DNA of 64,000 nucleotides from Octopus sinensis (Eukaryota): NCBI RefSeq assembly GCF_006345805.1, contig NC_042998.1, positions 61,566,001 to 61,630,000 of the forward strand, read 5' to 3'. Shown piece by piece: positions 37,157 to 50,366 of this stretch (position 1 is its first letter; each line of letters starts with the position of its first letter). The notes under the pieces were generated by a model. It saw only the letters and a program-made list of their open reading frames with translations, ran no database searches and was not told where the DNA came from. The position numbers and the translations under genes were made by a program.

Positions 37157-38036
37157 CAGGGTGCAGTGAATAAACTGTCATCTAAATAACTGAAAAGTGA
37201 AAATGACATTGATGTCTCATTTTATCAGATATATTTACCAAAATTACATAAAAATATCTTGAACTACGAAAGAATAAATTCATTCAATAAAATCGCCATT
37301 GGCTTCAGCCATGGCCACCAGATGATTTCAGAATCTCCTGCAACATCTGGATGGTCTCTTTTTTTAAGTTGGTCAATGCTGCTATAATCCCTGCCTTCAG
37401 TTCATCTTTGGTGTTACCAACTGTTTTGTAGGTCTCTTGCTCAACTGCACCCCACATAAAATTTTTCAAGGGAGTTCCAGTCTGGGGAGTTAAATGGCCA
37501 GGTATTAAGAGTGATGTGGTCACAGAAATTGACTGGGTTCTCCTGCTTGTGTGGCAAGTCCTATTGTCAGACATAAGGTCTTCTAATAACCACCCTCTTG
37601 ACCCAGGGCAGTACTACCTCCTCCAGGCACTTGATGTAGGCCTCCGTATTGAGTCTGAAGCCATGTTGAGTGTGAAGCCTTGTGTGAAGATGAATGGAGG
37701 CATAACATTGTCATCACTAGTGATCACTCCAAACACGATGATGTTGACTGGATGTTTGATTTTTATCACTCTTGGTACACATCCTCAGATTGCACTGTCC
37801 TCAAACTGACACCCAAACACTCGGAAATGTTCACATTGGAGCTTCCAGCACCAATTCCAAGCAGAACGGCATGTTGTTTCCAAATTTCTGGCAGAGTGAA
37901 TTGCATCATGGTGCTGTTTTTCTCACAGACGATGCCCAACTGACCCTACTATACTGTGTAGGGGGCAAAATGAAAAACAGTGTATATGCATAAAATAATA
38001 ATTATAAAATGGCAACAATTTACCAAGTGCACCCTT
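37157..38036 (-). mobile_element. Tc1/mariner-superfamily DNA transposon relic
   Basis: TIR cagggtgca / tgcaccct in TA context; minus-strand WPFNSPDWN..FMWGAVE (WPxxSPDLN motif). Confidence 0.8.
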
Positions 38037-38349
38037 TATATATGTGTGCGTGTGTGTGTCCGTATGTAAGTATAAATATGTATATGTATATACATTCACA
38101 ATCGAAGTCGATAAATTAAGTACCAGTTGAATACCGGGGTTGATATAATCGACTTAACCCCTCCCCAAAATTTTCAGACCTTGAATCTATAGTAGAAAGG
38201 ATATATATATTCACAACACATTGGTTGATCCAGGGCTATTGTAAAAGGCACTTACCCAAGGTACCATGCAATGGGATTGAACCTGGAACCACATGATTAC
38301 AATGGTGCCATACCTGCACCAACCACAAGGTATTTTGCTACCCTTATAC

Positions 38350-38470
38350 TATGAGGTTAGTGCATAATTAAAAACATTTTTAAATGATGGTCTGACCGTC
38401 TGCCAAGCAAATGGGAAGCAGTGATTGAAGTAGATGGTGAATATGCTCCAGAATAATCATTTAAAGATGT
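38350..38470 (+). mobile_element. Mariner relic
   Basis: aggttagtgcataatt TIR-like start; LPSKWEAVIEVDGEYAPE*. Confidence 0.7.
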
Positions 38471-38638
38471 CACTAAGCACAGGCATGGATGTGAGGTAAG
38501 AAGCTTGCTTTCCAACTGCATGGTTCTGGGTTCAGTCCCACGGCATGGCACCTTGGGCAAGTGTCTTCTACTATAGCCTCGAGCCAACCAAAGCTTTGTG
38601 AGTGGATTTGGTAGATGAAAACTGAAAGAAGCCAGTTA

Positions 38639-38694
<56 letters not shown>

Positions 38695-38882
38695 CATATA
38701 CATATATATATGTATGTATGTATGTAAGGGGAAAGTAAGAAGAAAATTAAGCAAAAATGCACATTGGAAATCAAAAAAGTAAAGGCATTTTATGAAAAGT
38801 AACGATAGATATATACAATTAGATGAACTGAGGTAGGAATAAAAGTAATAAAAGTCATTATTGTGAATTGCTAAAGAGATTT

Positions 38883-38922
38883 AAAAGCATACCGATTTCG
38901 TAAATTACTAATCATTGCTTTT
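38883..38922 (-). ncRNA. Degenerate hammerhead motif
   Basis: aaaagca-aTGATtA-gtaa(t)ttac-GAAA-tcgGTA-tgctttt; 7-bp stem I, two core substitutions. Confidence 0.45.
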
Positions 38923-38945
38923 TTCTTTTTGTAACATATTTCTAT

Positions 38946-39021
<76 letters not shown>

Positions 39022-39363
39022 CATGCGTGTATGTGTATATGTGTGTATATGTGTGTATATGTTTCTGTGTCTGTGTTTGTCCCCCCACCATCACTTGATG
39101 ACAGATGTTGATGTGCTTACATCCCTGCAACTTAGTGGTTTGACAAAAGAGACCGATAGAATAAGTACTAGGTTTACAAAGAATATGTCCTTGGATTGAT
39201 TTGTTCAACTAAAGGCAGTGCTCCAGCATGGCTGCAGCCAAATGACTGAAACAATTAAAAGAATAAAAGCATCAAAGCATATCACCTGTCACGCTAACAA
39301 TTCTTCTAGCTCACTGCCTCTTTTGCAAAATCCAATATTAACTTTAATTTCTCATTGTGCCAG

Positions 39364-39472
39364 GTTGTCCTCCAACTGTGTCTAAGGATCAATTTTGGCA
39401 AGACGCAAACTGTCATTACTGCTTATGTATCTTCAACAAAAATGTGAATAAAACCACACGTTTTTGCTCAGA
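39364..39472 (+). CDS. Exon encoding N-terminal half of SVWC-like domain
   Basis: Acceptor tttctcattgtgccag|, donor GA|GTAAGA; (G)CPPTVSKDQFWQDANCHYCLCIFNKNVNKTTRFCS; phase 1 start, phase 2 end. Confidence 0.8.
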
Positions 39473-39936
39473 GTAAGAATACTTTTTGTTTAATGTCCAC
39501 TCTTTAACCTTTTCATTACTGTATTTATTTTAAGATGGTTTGTGCTTCTTCCAGTTACTTTAAATATAACAAAGAATTTAGTAAAATAACTCAGTTATCA
39601 TTCAACTAGTGATAGGAACATAAATTGTGACTAAGGTTTGGTGGAAGATTTTAATTCTAAACTTATGAAAACAAGACATTTGAACTACAGAGCCAGAGCC
39701 GGTTTCACCTGGGTTGGTAACAAAAGGGTTAATTATAATCTGTTCATTTACCTATTTACCTGCTGGTAAATGTATCCATGTCTCTCTGTTTATCTACCTA
39801 TCCCTGTGACATTTTACTCGTCCATTGCTTTGTTTACCTCTGTACCAGTTTACATTTAGTCTCACCACTACGACCTTTTATTTATGTGGTCTTTTCTTTC
39901 TGTTTCTTCTACTTTCTTCATTTTGTTGTTTGACAG

Positions 39937-40093
39937 CTGTGGTGACCTGAAAGTAAAGAAGATACGCAATTGTTATCCGGCCAGAGTAGAGCCAAATGCT
40001 GCTTATCCACGTTGCTGTAAATACAAATATATTTGCAGGGGAGATCCGGAGTTTGACGCAAGGAAACTTATCTCGAATAAAATTGTTTTCTAA
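39937..40093 (+). CDS. Terminal exon of SVWC-like (Vago/granularin/La1-type) domain
   Basis: Long polypyrimidine acceptor tttgacag|; phase matches the previous exon (GA+C=Asp); CGDLKVKKIRNCYPARVEPNAAYPRCCKYKYICRGDPEFDARKLISNKIVF*; YPxCC motif; AATAAA at about 40742 and 40801. Confidence 0.85.
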
Positions 40094-40121
40094 AACTTTT
40101 TAATCAGTCACCATTTATTTT

Positions 40122-40630
40122 AGGAGAGAGGGGGATGAGAGTGACGGGGGAGGGAGGGGGTGGAGGGAAAGGGGAGAGTGAGGGGGAGCGATAGACAGAC
40201 AAAGATAGAGAGAAGAAGGAGAGAAGGAGAGAGTGAGGGAGACAGACGGGAGAGAGGAGATAGACAAAGACAGAGAGGCATGAGAGAGGGCAAGGAAGAA
40301 GAGAAGTGAGGAAGAGAGAGGTGAGGAAGAGAGAGAGGTGAGGAAGGAAGAGAGTGAGGAAGAGAGGGGGAATGGGGAAGAGAGGGGGAGAGAGAGGTGA
40401 TGAAGGGAGAGAAAGATGAAGAAGAGAGAGAGGGTGAAGAAGAGAGAGAGGTGAGGAAGAGTGAGAGGTGAGGAAGAGTGAGAGGTGAGAAAGGAAGACA
40501 GTGAGGAAGAGAGGGGTGGGGAAGAGGGGGAGAGAGAGAGTGAGGAAGAGAGAGTGTGAGGAAGAGAGAGAGAGGTGAGGAAGTGAGAGAAAGGTGAGGA
40601 AGAGAGGGAGAAAGGGAATGTGAGAGAGTT
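40122..40630. repeat. GA-rich low-complexity tract (gtgaggaagagag units)
   Basis: Direct reading; lies in the putative 3' UTR region. Confidence 0.9.
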
Positions 40631-40849
40631 TGTTTGGAAGTATATCTCTTTCCTGATTTTACTTCCTATAATGAATTCTGTCACAATGTTTCAGGGAATA
40701 ACAATCTTCAAGGAGGAATTCTTTCTTCTCTCCAAACAAACAATAAAGTTGATTACATCATTATTATTTTCACTCCTGTCAAGCACCCTTATGAAAACAA
40801 AATAAATAATTATTAATATTATTTAGTTGTCTTGTGATTATTGTCATTA

Positions 40850-40895
<46 letters not shown>

Positions 40896-40898
<3 letters not shown>

Positions 40899-43166
40899 TA
40901 TTTAAATTTTTATATCATGCTTTCACTTCACTTCCAATCACAGCTCTATGTGCCTTGGGTATGTGGTTTGTTGTGATGCTCTCATGGTTACTGTATTGAA
41001 AGTGTTTTATGTAGGATGTGTGGAGTGCCCAGTAGTGCAATTTTCTGTATGTTATATATATTTGTACGTCCTGGTGTTTTTGTTATGTATTTGTCTGAAT
41101 ATTTTTTTATCATACCTAATGCACCTACTATGATAGGAATTGTTTCTGTTTTTAGATTCCACATTCGAGTTACCTCTATTTCCAGGTCTGTGTATTTTGA
41201 AAGTTTCTCCATTTCTTTTAGAGAAATGTTGTCATCTGCTGGTATTGATACATCAATTAGAAATCATTTTCTTTCTTCATGATCTTTGACAACTATATCT
41301 GGCCTATTGGCCATAATTTCTCTATCTGTGTGTATTGGCATATCCCAAAGTATGGTTGCTTTCTCGTTTTCTGTGACCTTTTCAGGCGTGTGCCTATACC
41401 ATCTTTTTTCTGTTATTCCATAGTATTCGCATAGCTTCCAATGTATGTAAGTCCCAACTCTGTCGTATCTGTGAGTATATTCCTTCTTAGCCAGGACTGG
41501 GCAGCCAGAGATAATATGATTTATTGTTTCTTGCCCATCTCCACATATTCTGCAGTTACTTGTTATGTTTATTTTCATTATATGTCTTTGGTAATTTCTG
41601 GTGGGGAGGCTTTGGTTTTGTGCTGCAATTAAAAATCCCTCCGTCTCTGGTTTGATTCTTGAGCTTCTCAAACATTGCTGGAATTTTTCTCTGTTTATTT
41701 CTTTTGCATTTAGTTTAGTCCAGTATTTACCATGAAGGGGCTTTTCTTGCCATCATTTTATCATGGTCCGTTGCTGTTCTAGTTTTAGTTTGGTTTTCAA
41801 TTGTTTTATAGCTTTTGTTTCTTCTTCTTCGTCTTCTTCTTCTTCTTCTTCTTCTTCTTCTTCTTCTTCTTCTTCTTCTTCTTCTTCTTCTTCTTCTTCT
41901 TCTTCTTCTTCTTCTTCTTCTTCTTCTTCTTCTTCTTCTTCTTCTTCTTCTACATATTTGTTTGGTAGTGTGACTTCTTGTTTGTATTTGTCAGCTTCCT
42001 TAAATACTGAGAATAGTTTTTTGTTTTGCTTGTGTTTTGTGGCTATTTGTATCAGTTTTCCTTGCTTCTGAAGTAGGTATATTTGCAGTCCTATGGTGGT
42101 GATATTATAATAGTTTTCCAGATGGATAAGGCCTCTACCACCTTCTATACGTTGTATATATAGCCTTTCTATGTCAGATTTTGGATGGTGCATCCTAGAT
42201 CCTGTCATTATTTATCTTGTTTTCCTATCTATTTTGGTTAGTTCATTTAGTGTCCAGTTAAGGATATTGTAGCTGTAACTTTTAACTGGTATGGCTAAAG
42301 TGTTAATACCTATTATCTTGTTTTTAGCATTGAGCTCTCTTTTTAGTATTGATCTAACTCATCTATAGTATTCTTTCTTTATTTTCTCTTTCATTTGTGT
42401 GTGTTGTGTCATGTCTAGTTCATGGATTCCTAAATATTTGTATGCTTGGCTTTGGTCTAATTCTCTTATTTCATTGGCTTTATCTTGTGCGATGTTGCTA
42501 CTCTTAACTAGTTTTCCTCTTTTCAGGGTTGCTTTGGCACATTTTTCTAATCCAAGTTTCATATCTGTTTCTTTGGTAAAACCATATACTGTCTGTAGTA
42601 GTGTTTCCAGCTGTTTATCATTTGTAGCATATAGTTTTAGGTCATCCATATATAAAAGGTGGCTGATCGTTTTGCCATAACATTTGTATTCACATCCAGT
42701 TCTATTTAGCATATCTGATTGAGGTGTCAATGCCAAGCAGAAAAGGAGTGGAGAGAGCGTGCCTCCCTGGAATATTCCCCTTCTAATGGGGGTGGCTTTA
42801 GTTTTCACGAGTCCCTCTTTTGTTTGGAGCTGTAGCACTGTCTGCCATTTATTCATAGAGTGTCTTATGTATTTTATAATTGTTGGTGCTACGTTGTTAA
42901 TGGCTAGTGTTTCGATGATCCACGTGTGGGGAATGCTATCAAAAGCCTTTCGGTAGTCGATCCAGGCCATATTTAAGCCTTTCTTCTTTCTGCGGCTGTC
43001 TTCAGTTATGGCTTTATTGATCATTCGTTGATCTTTACAGCCATATGAGCCCTTGCAGCATCCCTTTTACTCTTCTGGAAACAGGTTGTTTTCTTCCAGA
43101 AGCTTGCTCAATCTTTGTGATATTATTGCAGTAAAGGCTTTGTATATTGTAGGGAGACAGGTTATA
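40896..43166 (-). mobile_element. Dong/R4-clade non-LTR retrotransposon (RT + CCHC + RLE), 5'-truncated, next to (TTA)n
   Basis: WIDYRKAFDSIPH, GIFQGGTLSPLLF, LLYMDDLKLY, CRICGDGQETINHIISGC, WDMPIHTD..NRPDIVV, EKLSKYTDL. Confidence 0.92.
41820..41951. repeat. (TTC)n expansion, poly-Glu in Dong ORF
   Basis: In-frame run of about 43 E in ORF 41753-42208. Confidence 0.95.
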
Positions 43167-43428
43167 GGTGGCACGTAAAAAACACTGTTTCAAGCATGGC
43201 CATTGCCAGTACCGCCAGACTGGCCCTCGTGCTAGTGGCACATAAAAGCCCCCACTACACTCTCGAAGTAGTTGGCATTAGGAAGGGCATCCATCTGTAG
43301 AAACTCTGCCAGATCAGATTGGAACCTGGTGCAGCCATCTGGTTCGCCATTCCTCAGTCAAATCGTCCAACCCATGCTAGCATGGAAAGCGGATGTTAAA
43401 GGATGATGATGATGATGATGATGATGAT
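43167..43428 (+). mobile_element. RTE-type 3' tail
   Basis: Same tail family, ends in (GAT)n. Confidence 0.75.
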
Positions 43429-44429
43429 ATGTGTGTGTGTGTGTGTGTGTGTCTGTACGTGTGTGTGTTTGTGTTTGTTCTCCCAACATCACTTGACAAC
43501 CGATGCTGGTGTTTTTACGTCCCCGTAACTCAGAGGTTTGACAAATGAGACTGATAGAATAAGTACTAGGCTTACAAAGAATAAGTCTTGGGGTCGATTT
43601 ACTCGACTAAAAGTGGTGCTCCAGCATGGCTGCAGTCAAATGACTGAAACAAGCAAAACAAATTAAAGGAAAGAAAATACCAATTGAAATTTTTTAATTT
43701 TTTCAATTCTAGTTTCCAACTTTTGAAGGCTCAACATTTTATTAAATCTCTTTCTGTAAAAGATAAATTTTTTTAATAAAAGATATTTAAAGATTGAACA
43801 TTTTGTTGAACGCTTTTTCTGTTGAACAGGAAATTTTTACCATTTAAATTTCTTATTTTTTAAGATTATATTATATCATGTATTATTTAGGTATTTGAAA
43901 TAAATGGTGGATAAAAATTAATCAGTTTTTTCAAATCACTCATAATAATTAGACAGGAGAAGTGGTCAGGAAAACAAAATGAAGTAGTGAAGAAAACGGA
44001 AATGGACAAAAGTTGAGGCAGCAGTTGAAATGCTGTGAGAGAAAATAATAGAGACAACAGAGCCGTGATGTATATAATAATCCTTTCTACTATATGCACA
44101 AACCCTGAAATTTTTGGGGAGGAGACCAATTGATGATATCAACTCCAGTGTTTCACTGGTACTTAATTTATCAATCCCGAAGGGATGAAAGGTAAAGTTG
44201 TCCCCGGCGGCACTTGAATCAGGATGTAAGGGCATGTGAAATACCACTCCAGCATTCTACCCGGCATGCTAATGATTCTGCCAGCTCATTGCTATATATA
44301 ATAATAACAGAGAAGAGAGCCGAGTGAAATTTGAATATGAAGAGGTTCTTGAGTAAATAATGCTACAAACATTTTATTAATTATTATAATTATATAATAA
44401 TTATTATTTTTAAAAAAACAATTTTTTTA

Positions 44430-44499
44430 TAATAGACAGGAGGATTGATAGAGAATTCACAGAGAAAGAAGGAAAATAAGTTAAAAAGAGAGAGGGAGG

Positions 44500-44536
<37 letters not shown>

Positions 44537-45245
44537 TTACAACGATGGATATATAAAGAGGGGATGACTGATAGAAAGAGGGGAGAAGAAAAAGAAGAGA
44601 GAATAAGTAAACATAGAAAGAAGAAGAGTGGGAGAGGATAAGGAAGAGTAAAATTGAGAGCCAAGCGAAACATGAATATGATTCAGAAGATAAAGGAGGA
44701 AGTCTAAGAGAGAAAAAGAGGAAGTTGCAGCAGTGGGAGGAGGAAGAGTGTAAGAGGGAAATGCAAATGAAAAGACAAGGAAAGAGAGAGAAAGACAGAA
44801 ATAGAGATAGAGAGAGAAGCAGATAGACAGATAGAAAGGTAGATATAGAGAGAGAGGAAGACTCAAAGATAGACAGGAGGGTTAATGCAAAATTGAGAGA
44901 AAGGGAAGGAGAATAAGTTGAAAAGAGACTATACGAATGTAGAAAGAGGAAGTGTGGGAGAGAGAAAAGCAAACAGTAGAGACAGAGGGAATGACAGAGA
45001 GAGAGAGAGAAAGAGAGACAGAGACAGACAGATAGAGAGAGACAAACAGATAGCAAGGTAGATATATATAACATGGGGATGACTGATAGAAAGTGGGGGA
45101 GAATAAGTAGGAGAGAGAGAGAGCAAAGAAACATAGAAAGAAGAAGAATGGGAGACGATAAGTAAAAGTAAAATAGAGAGGTAAGGGAAATGTGAAAATG
45201 AAAAGTTTTCTTGAGTAAATAATATTAAAAAGATTTCATTATTAC
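44430..45245. repeat. GA-rich tract with diverged duplication (period about 430-510 bp)
   Basis: atagacaggagg (44432/44869), ggggatgactgatagaaag (44560/45075) and aaacatagaaagaagaag each recur. Confidence 0.75.
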
Positions 45246-46744
45246 AATCACTTGCGGGACCTGTGAATATTTCATGGAACTAATGGTAAATGTATTGGCT
45301 TATTTCTGAAAACTTGAAAAAACCTGAAACCATAGCCTGTGTTGTGTGTGCAGGGAAAGATAGTCGCTCATCTGCTACTCACTGAAAAGTGAAAGAAACT
45401 GGAATTCAGTGATTACTTAATGCTTTTTTATATAATTTATGCACAATTTTATAGACTTAATACACAGCACTCATAAAATATATATTCCCACTTATTTTTC
45501 CATTTTCCCCATAAACAAAAAAATATCCCATACATATGATATAAATTTTAGTTAAATTGCATGTATCTGTCACATAAATAAGTGTGAATATTTCACAGAA
45601 TTGCATTTATGCACAAACGTTAAGTGATAGGTGATATAAAAAACTTAGTTATTTTTTTAAATTACATTTTTCACTATCCAATCACCACCACCACCTCCGC
45701 CATCATCCTCATTATATCTCTCCCTCTCCCTCTCTCTCTTCCTCTCTCTCCTCTCTCCCTCTCTTTCTCCCTTCTCTCTTTCTTTCTCTCCCCTCTCTCT
45801 CTGCCTTTCATTAACCTCACAATCAGAACATCACCCCTCTGCTAAAATTATATCTTTAACTCTCCCCCTCTACCTTCAACTAACTTTTCTAATCATATAA
45901 TAAATATTATGTACTTCCTACCGCACATCATGGACTCTTCTCTCAAGGCTATAGTAGAAGATACTTGCCCAAGGTACCATGCAGTGGGACTGAAACCAGA
46001 GCCATGTGGTTGGTAAGCAAGCTACGTACCACACAGCCACTCCTGTGCCTATGTTTATATTGTAATTCTTATTCTCAGTTATTTATATTAGAATGGTTTG
46101 TCCATTTCTACCCTGGACTAATGAGACTAACTAGAGTTTTTGGCTCTTATTTATTGTATGGTATGGAGAAAACAATTTAAGTCCCCTACCTCATGGGATA
46201 TATCTGTAGGAGCCCTTACCTGCCTAAACTCTGACCAGAACCTAGCATCAAATTCCCTGATATCAACACCTGCCATGTCAGTCTCGAGCAAAACAAAAGA
46301 TGACGACACTAGTCATCCTTCTACTCACAAGACCTCCCTTGCTCCTCTCCTTTATGCAAGGCCGCTCAGCTGTTTGTATGACCTCACTGGCCCTATACTT
46401 TTGGCCCACCTCAGTCTCACATTTACAAATTCAGCAAATGAATTATTTGCTGATGCATGCTGATATCTGCCAAAGAATAATACGTCATTTTGTGCATGGT
46501 GGACAACTAGAACTAGATTGATGGCAGGCATATTCATTCCCAATATACTTCTGCAGATTTCAGGTGGTGAGCTGGCAGAATCGTTAACACACCAGGCAAA
46601 ATGCTTAGCAGTATTTCGTTTGGCTTTACATTCTGAGTTCAAATTCTACCAAGGTCAACTTTCCCTTTAATCCATTTGGGATCGATAAAATAATTACCAT
46701 TTGAACATAGGGGCGATATAATCAACTTACCCTCCCCCTGCTCC

Positions 46745-47020
46745 TCATCATCGTTTAATATCCACTTTCCATGCTGGCATGGGTTGAACGGTTTGACTGA
46801 GGTCTGGAGAGCCAGTGGCTGCACCAGGTTCCACTCTGATCTGGCAATGTTTCTACAGCTGGATGCCCTTCCTAACGCCAACCACTCTGAGAGTGTAGTG
46901 GATGCTTTTTACATGCCACCGGCACAGGAGTCAGTCAGGCAGGCCTGACAGCTATCACGTTCGGATAGTACTTTTTATGTGCCACCTGCATGGGACCCAG
47001 TTAGGCGACAGTGGCATCGG
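46745..47020 (-). mobile_element. RTE-type 3' tail
   Basis: Reverse complement of the tail family. Confidence 0.7.
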
Positions 47021-50000
47021 ACTTATGCCACAATTAGAAGCGAGTATTATCATGTTGATTCCCTTTGATCTCTCTGAATATATTATCCTTTTATTCTTTT
47101 ATTTGTTTCAGTCATCTGACTGTGGCCATGCTGGAACACCGCCTTTAGTCGAACAAATTGACTCCAGGACTTATTCTTTGTAAGCCTAGTACTTATTCTA
47201 TTGATCACTTTTGCTGACTCGATAAGTTACAGGGATGTGAACACACCAACACCAGTTGTCAAGCGATGGTGGGGGGGGGACAAACACAAACACATGCACA
47301 CACAAATACACACACACACACAACATATATACACATACACACACACATACACACACACACACGCACACACACACACACACACTCACACACATATATACGA
47401 CATCTTTCTTTCAGTTTCCATCTACCAAATCCACTCACAAGACTTTGGTCGGCCCGAGTCTATAGTAGAAGACACTTGCCCACGGTGCCATGCAGTGGGA
47501 CTGAACCGAGAACCATGTGGTTGGGAAGCGTGCTTCTTACCACACAGCCACTCCTGTGCCTATGAATCATTTAATTTCAGAGAGCGCTCATTTTCATCCT
47601 ACCCCAAAACCTTTACTGGTGTATATTTATAACCCCTCTTTCTGTCGCTATTCCATAATCCTGCAATAATTTCCAGTGTATGAAAGTTCTAACTCTGTCA
47701 TGGCTGTATATATATTTACATTTGGTTAAGGTTCAACAGCCAAGAAACAATATCAGTAACTGTTTCTTTGCAACTTCTGAACACTCTGTTAAGCTCAGTA
47801 AAAGCAATTGAAACAACTTTAAATCAAAATTGCCATCTGTATATCATACCAAATGTATACACATCATGAGAAAGCATGAAACTGGAATTGTCTTAGATAG
47901 ATTCTTCATAGATTTGTGCTAAAAATGTACCTGTCATTCCCATAAGCCACTGCAGTAATGATGCTTGTCTCTCTCTCCAATATATATTGTTTTTGCCTCC
48001 GAACAATGTGTATATATTTACAATGATAAACAGATGGTGATACTGTATCTTTTTTTTTTTTGTATTATGTACTCTTGTTCATTATATACTTTTGATGGTT
48101 TCTTGTGAGAAATCTTAGGTCTTATGCCTCAACTACATGACCTCCCTCATATTATAGTCTTGTGCCACTCAGACATTTGTGGCAGAGATTTTTCTTTATC
48201 AATTTCTCCTTTGTTCAATCTTGCCAAGCATTGCTATTGTCTTAACATATCTCTAGTCCTATTTTCAGCTTAATTTTCTTTTTCTTTGTAAAAAGTGAAG
48301 GCATAAGAGTGACAACAGGCATAGGTGTGGTCGTGTGGTTAAAACCATTGCTTCCCAGTCACAAAGTTTTCTGTTCAGTCCCACATCACGACAACTTGGG
48401 CAAGTGTCTTCTAGTATAGTCCTAGACTAAACAAAACCTTATGAGTATATTTGGTAAATGAAAACTAAAAGGTCTGCAAATACATACATACATTTCAATG
48501 ACTATAGATACAATCCATCACTCAAACTATAAATCTGTAAAACTTCCCAGAAGTTTATCATTTAAATCTATATGAGCATATCTAGATATGCAACTATATG
48601 ATTCAGAATACACACATAAAACATACAAATCTGCACATATATACATACAAGCAAACAAACAAAAATACCCTGTTGAAATTCCAATGAAGGAACCTTGGAT
48701 CTTGGTTAGAAACCAACTCTTTCTCTATTGGCAAGAAATCTTGTTTTATTGCTGGTTTGGTTACTGTTTGCATAACACTATATTTTTATGTTTCCTATTT
48801 GGAAATAGGTAAATATATTTTACTTTTGAAGTAGGAATATATATTGATAAACATGTCACTTATAACTTACTTATAAGTGTTATCATTATACATAAATCCT
48901 GACTCCAGTTACATAAACATCATAGCGAGAAATATATACTTTGAAACGCTAATGGACATTTTATGCATGCATGTATGTTGAAGATAAATAAATTTGTGTT
49001 TTTTTAACCACAGTTTCATAATTGCAGAAATAAATTTCATTAACAATTTGAAGAACGTGAAGTAAGAGAAAATAATTACTACATTATTTTATTTATGTAC
49101 ATTTAGCATTTATAGTACAATTGGAAAGTAAAGTCATTTTGTCATAGTGCTTTACGACTTAAAATTCACATTAGCTAATCCTTCATACTAACTACTAGAG
49201 TTCACAACAATTCAAATAAGTCTTGTTGGATTTTTATCATAGACATGGCATAAAAAATAGCTAATATCTCAATGAGTGAGTGTCGTGGAGTTTAGTAACA
49301 TCCTACAAACACTGAGTAATTTCCCAAAACTCAGGATTTTTTATAACTGCTCATATCCAAATTCTAAGAACCATATTTTGTGAAAGGTTTCTTTGACGTA
49401 AGTTTAGAATTTGTATATGGGCAGTAATTTTAACCAATGAGATTACCAACAATTATACTTGTTTGGGTAAACAACCATTACATCATATTGCTGCCTTTTA
49501 TGACTTGCTACACTTGAAATAAAACTGAACAATGGCATACATGCATGCATGCATGCATGCATACATACATACATACATACATACATACATACATACATAC
49601 ATACATACGTACGTACATATAAATCTGTAAAACTTATATATATATACACATAAAAACCATACGTCCGTACGTATGCATGTATGTATGTATGTATGTATGT
49701 ACCATCATAAAGGTCAGCTATCCTGCAGATATAAATATCTCTTTGGAAATCAAAGAAAAAGAGGATATCTATAGACAACTACTTCGAAAACTCCAGAATT
49801 CATATTCATACCAATAACAATTGGAGCACTAGGTTTTGTTAGTAAATGCTTAAAGGATAATCTGGGTAAACTAGGATTTTCAGAAAGAGAAATCGGTCGG
49901 CTGATTCATACATTACAAGTTCAGTCTGTAAGTGGAACAGTAGAAATATGCAAAATTAAAAAATGATTATATATATATAGATATATAGATATATAGATAT

Positions 50001-50366
50001 ATATATCATCACCATCATCATTTAACGTCCGTTTTCCATGCTAGCATGGGTTGGACGATTCGACCGGGGTCTGGTAAGCCATGGAGGCTGCACCAGGCTC
50101 TAGTCTGATTTGGCAGTGTTTCTACAGCTGGATGCCCTTCCTAACGCCAACCACTCCATTAGTGTAGTGGGTGTTTTTTACGTGTATATATATATATATA
50201 TATATATATATCATTATCATCAACATCATTTAGTGTCTGCCTTCCATGCTGGAATGGGTCAGGCGGTTTGACTGAAAGTGGTAAGATGAAGAGCTGCACC
50301 AGCTTCCAATCTGAATCGGCATGGTTTCTACAGCTGGATGTCCTTTTTAATGCCAACCACTCCACA

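Noticed and set aside
40115-40684. 189-aa Ser/Leu-rich ORF (also 44481-45134)
   Set aside because: Artefact of GA-rich low complexity
46140-46521. ORFs of 70-107 aa in a non-repetitive-looking stretch
   Set aside because: No recognisable motif or splice support; probably an old TE relic
48674-48723. Possible hammerhead (gaaatt-ccaatgaa...GAAAC-caactc-tttc)
   Set aside because: Core has several substitutions and stems are poor; cannot be supported without a family consensus
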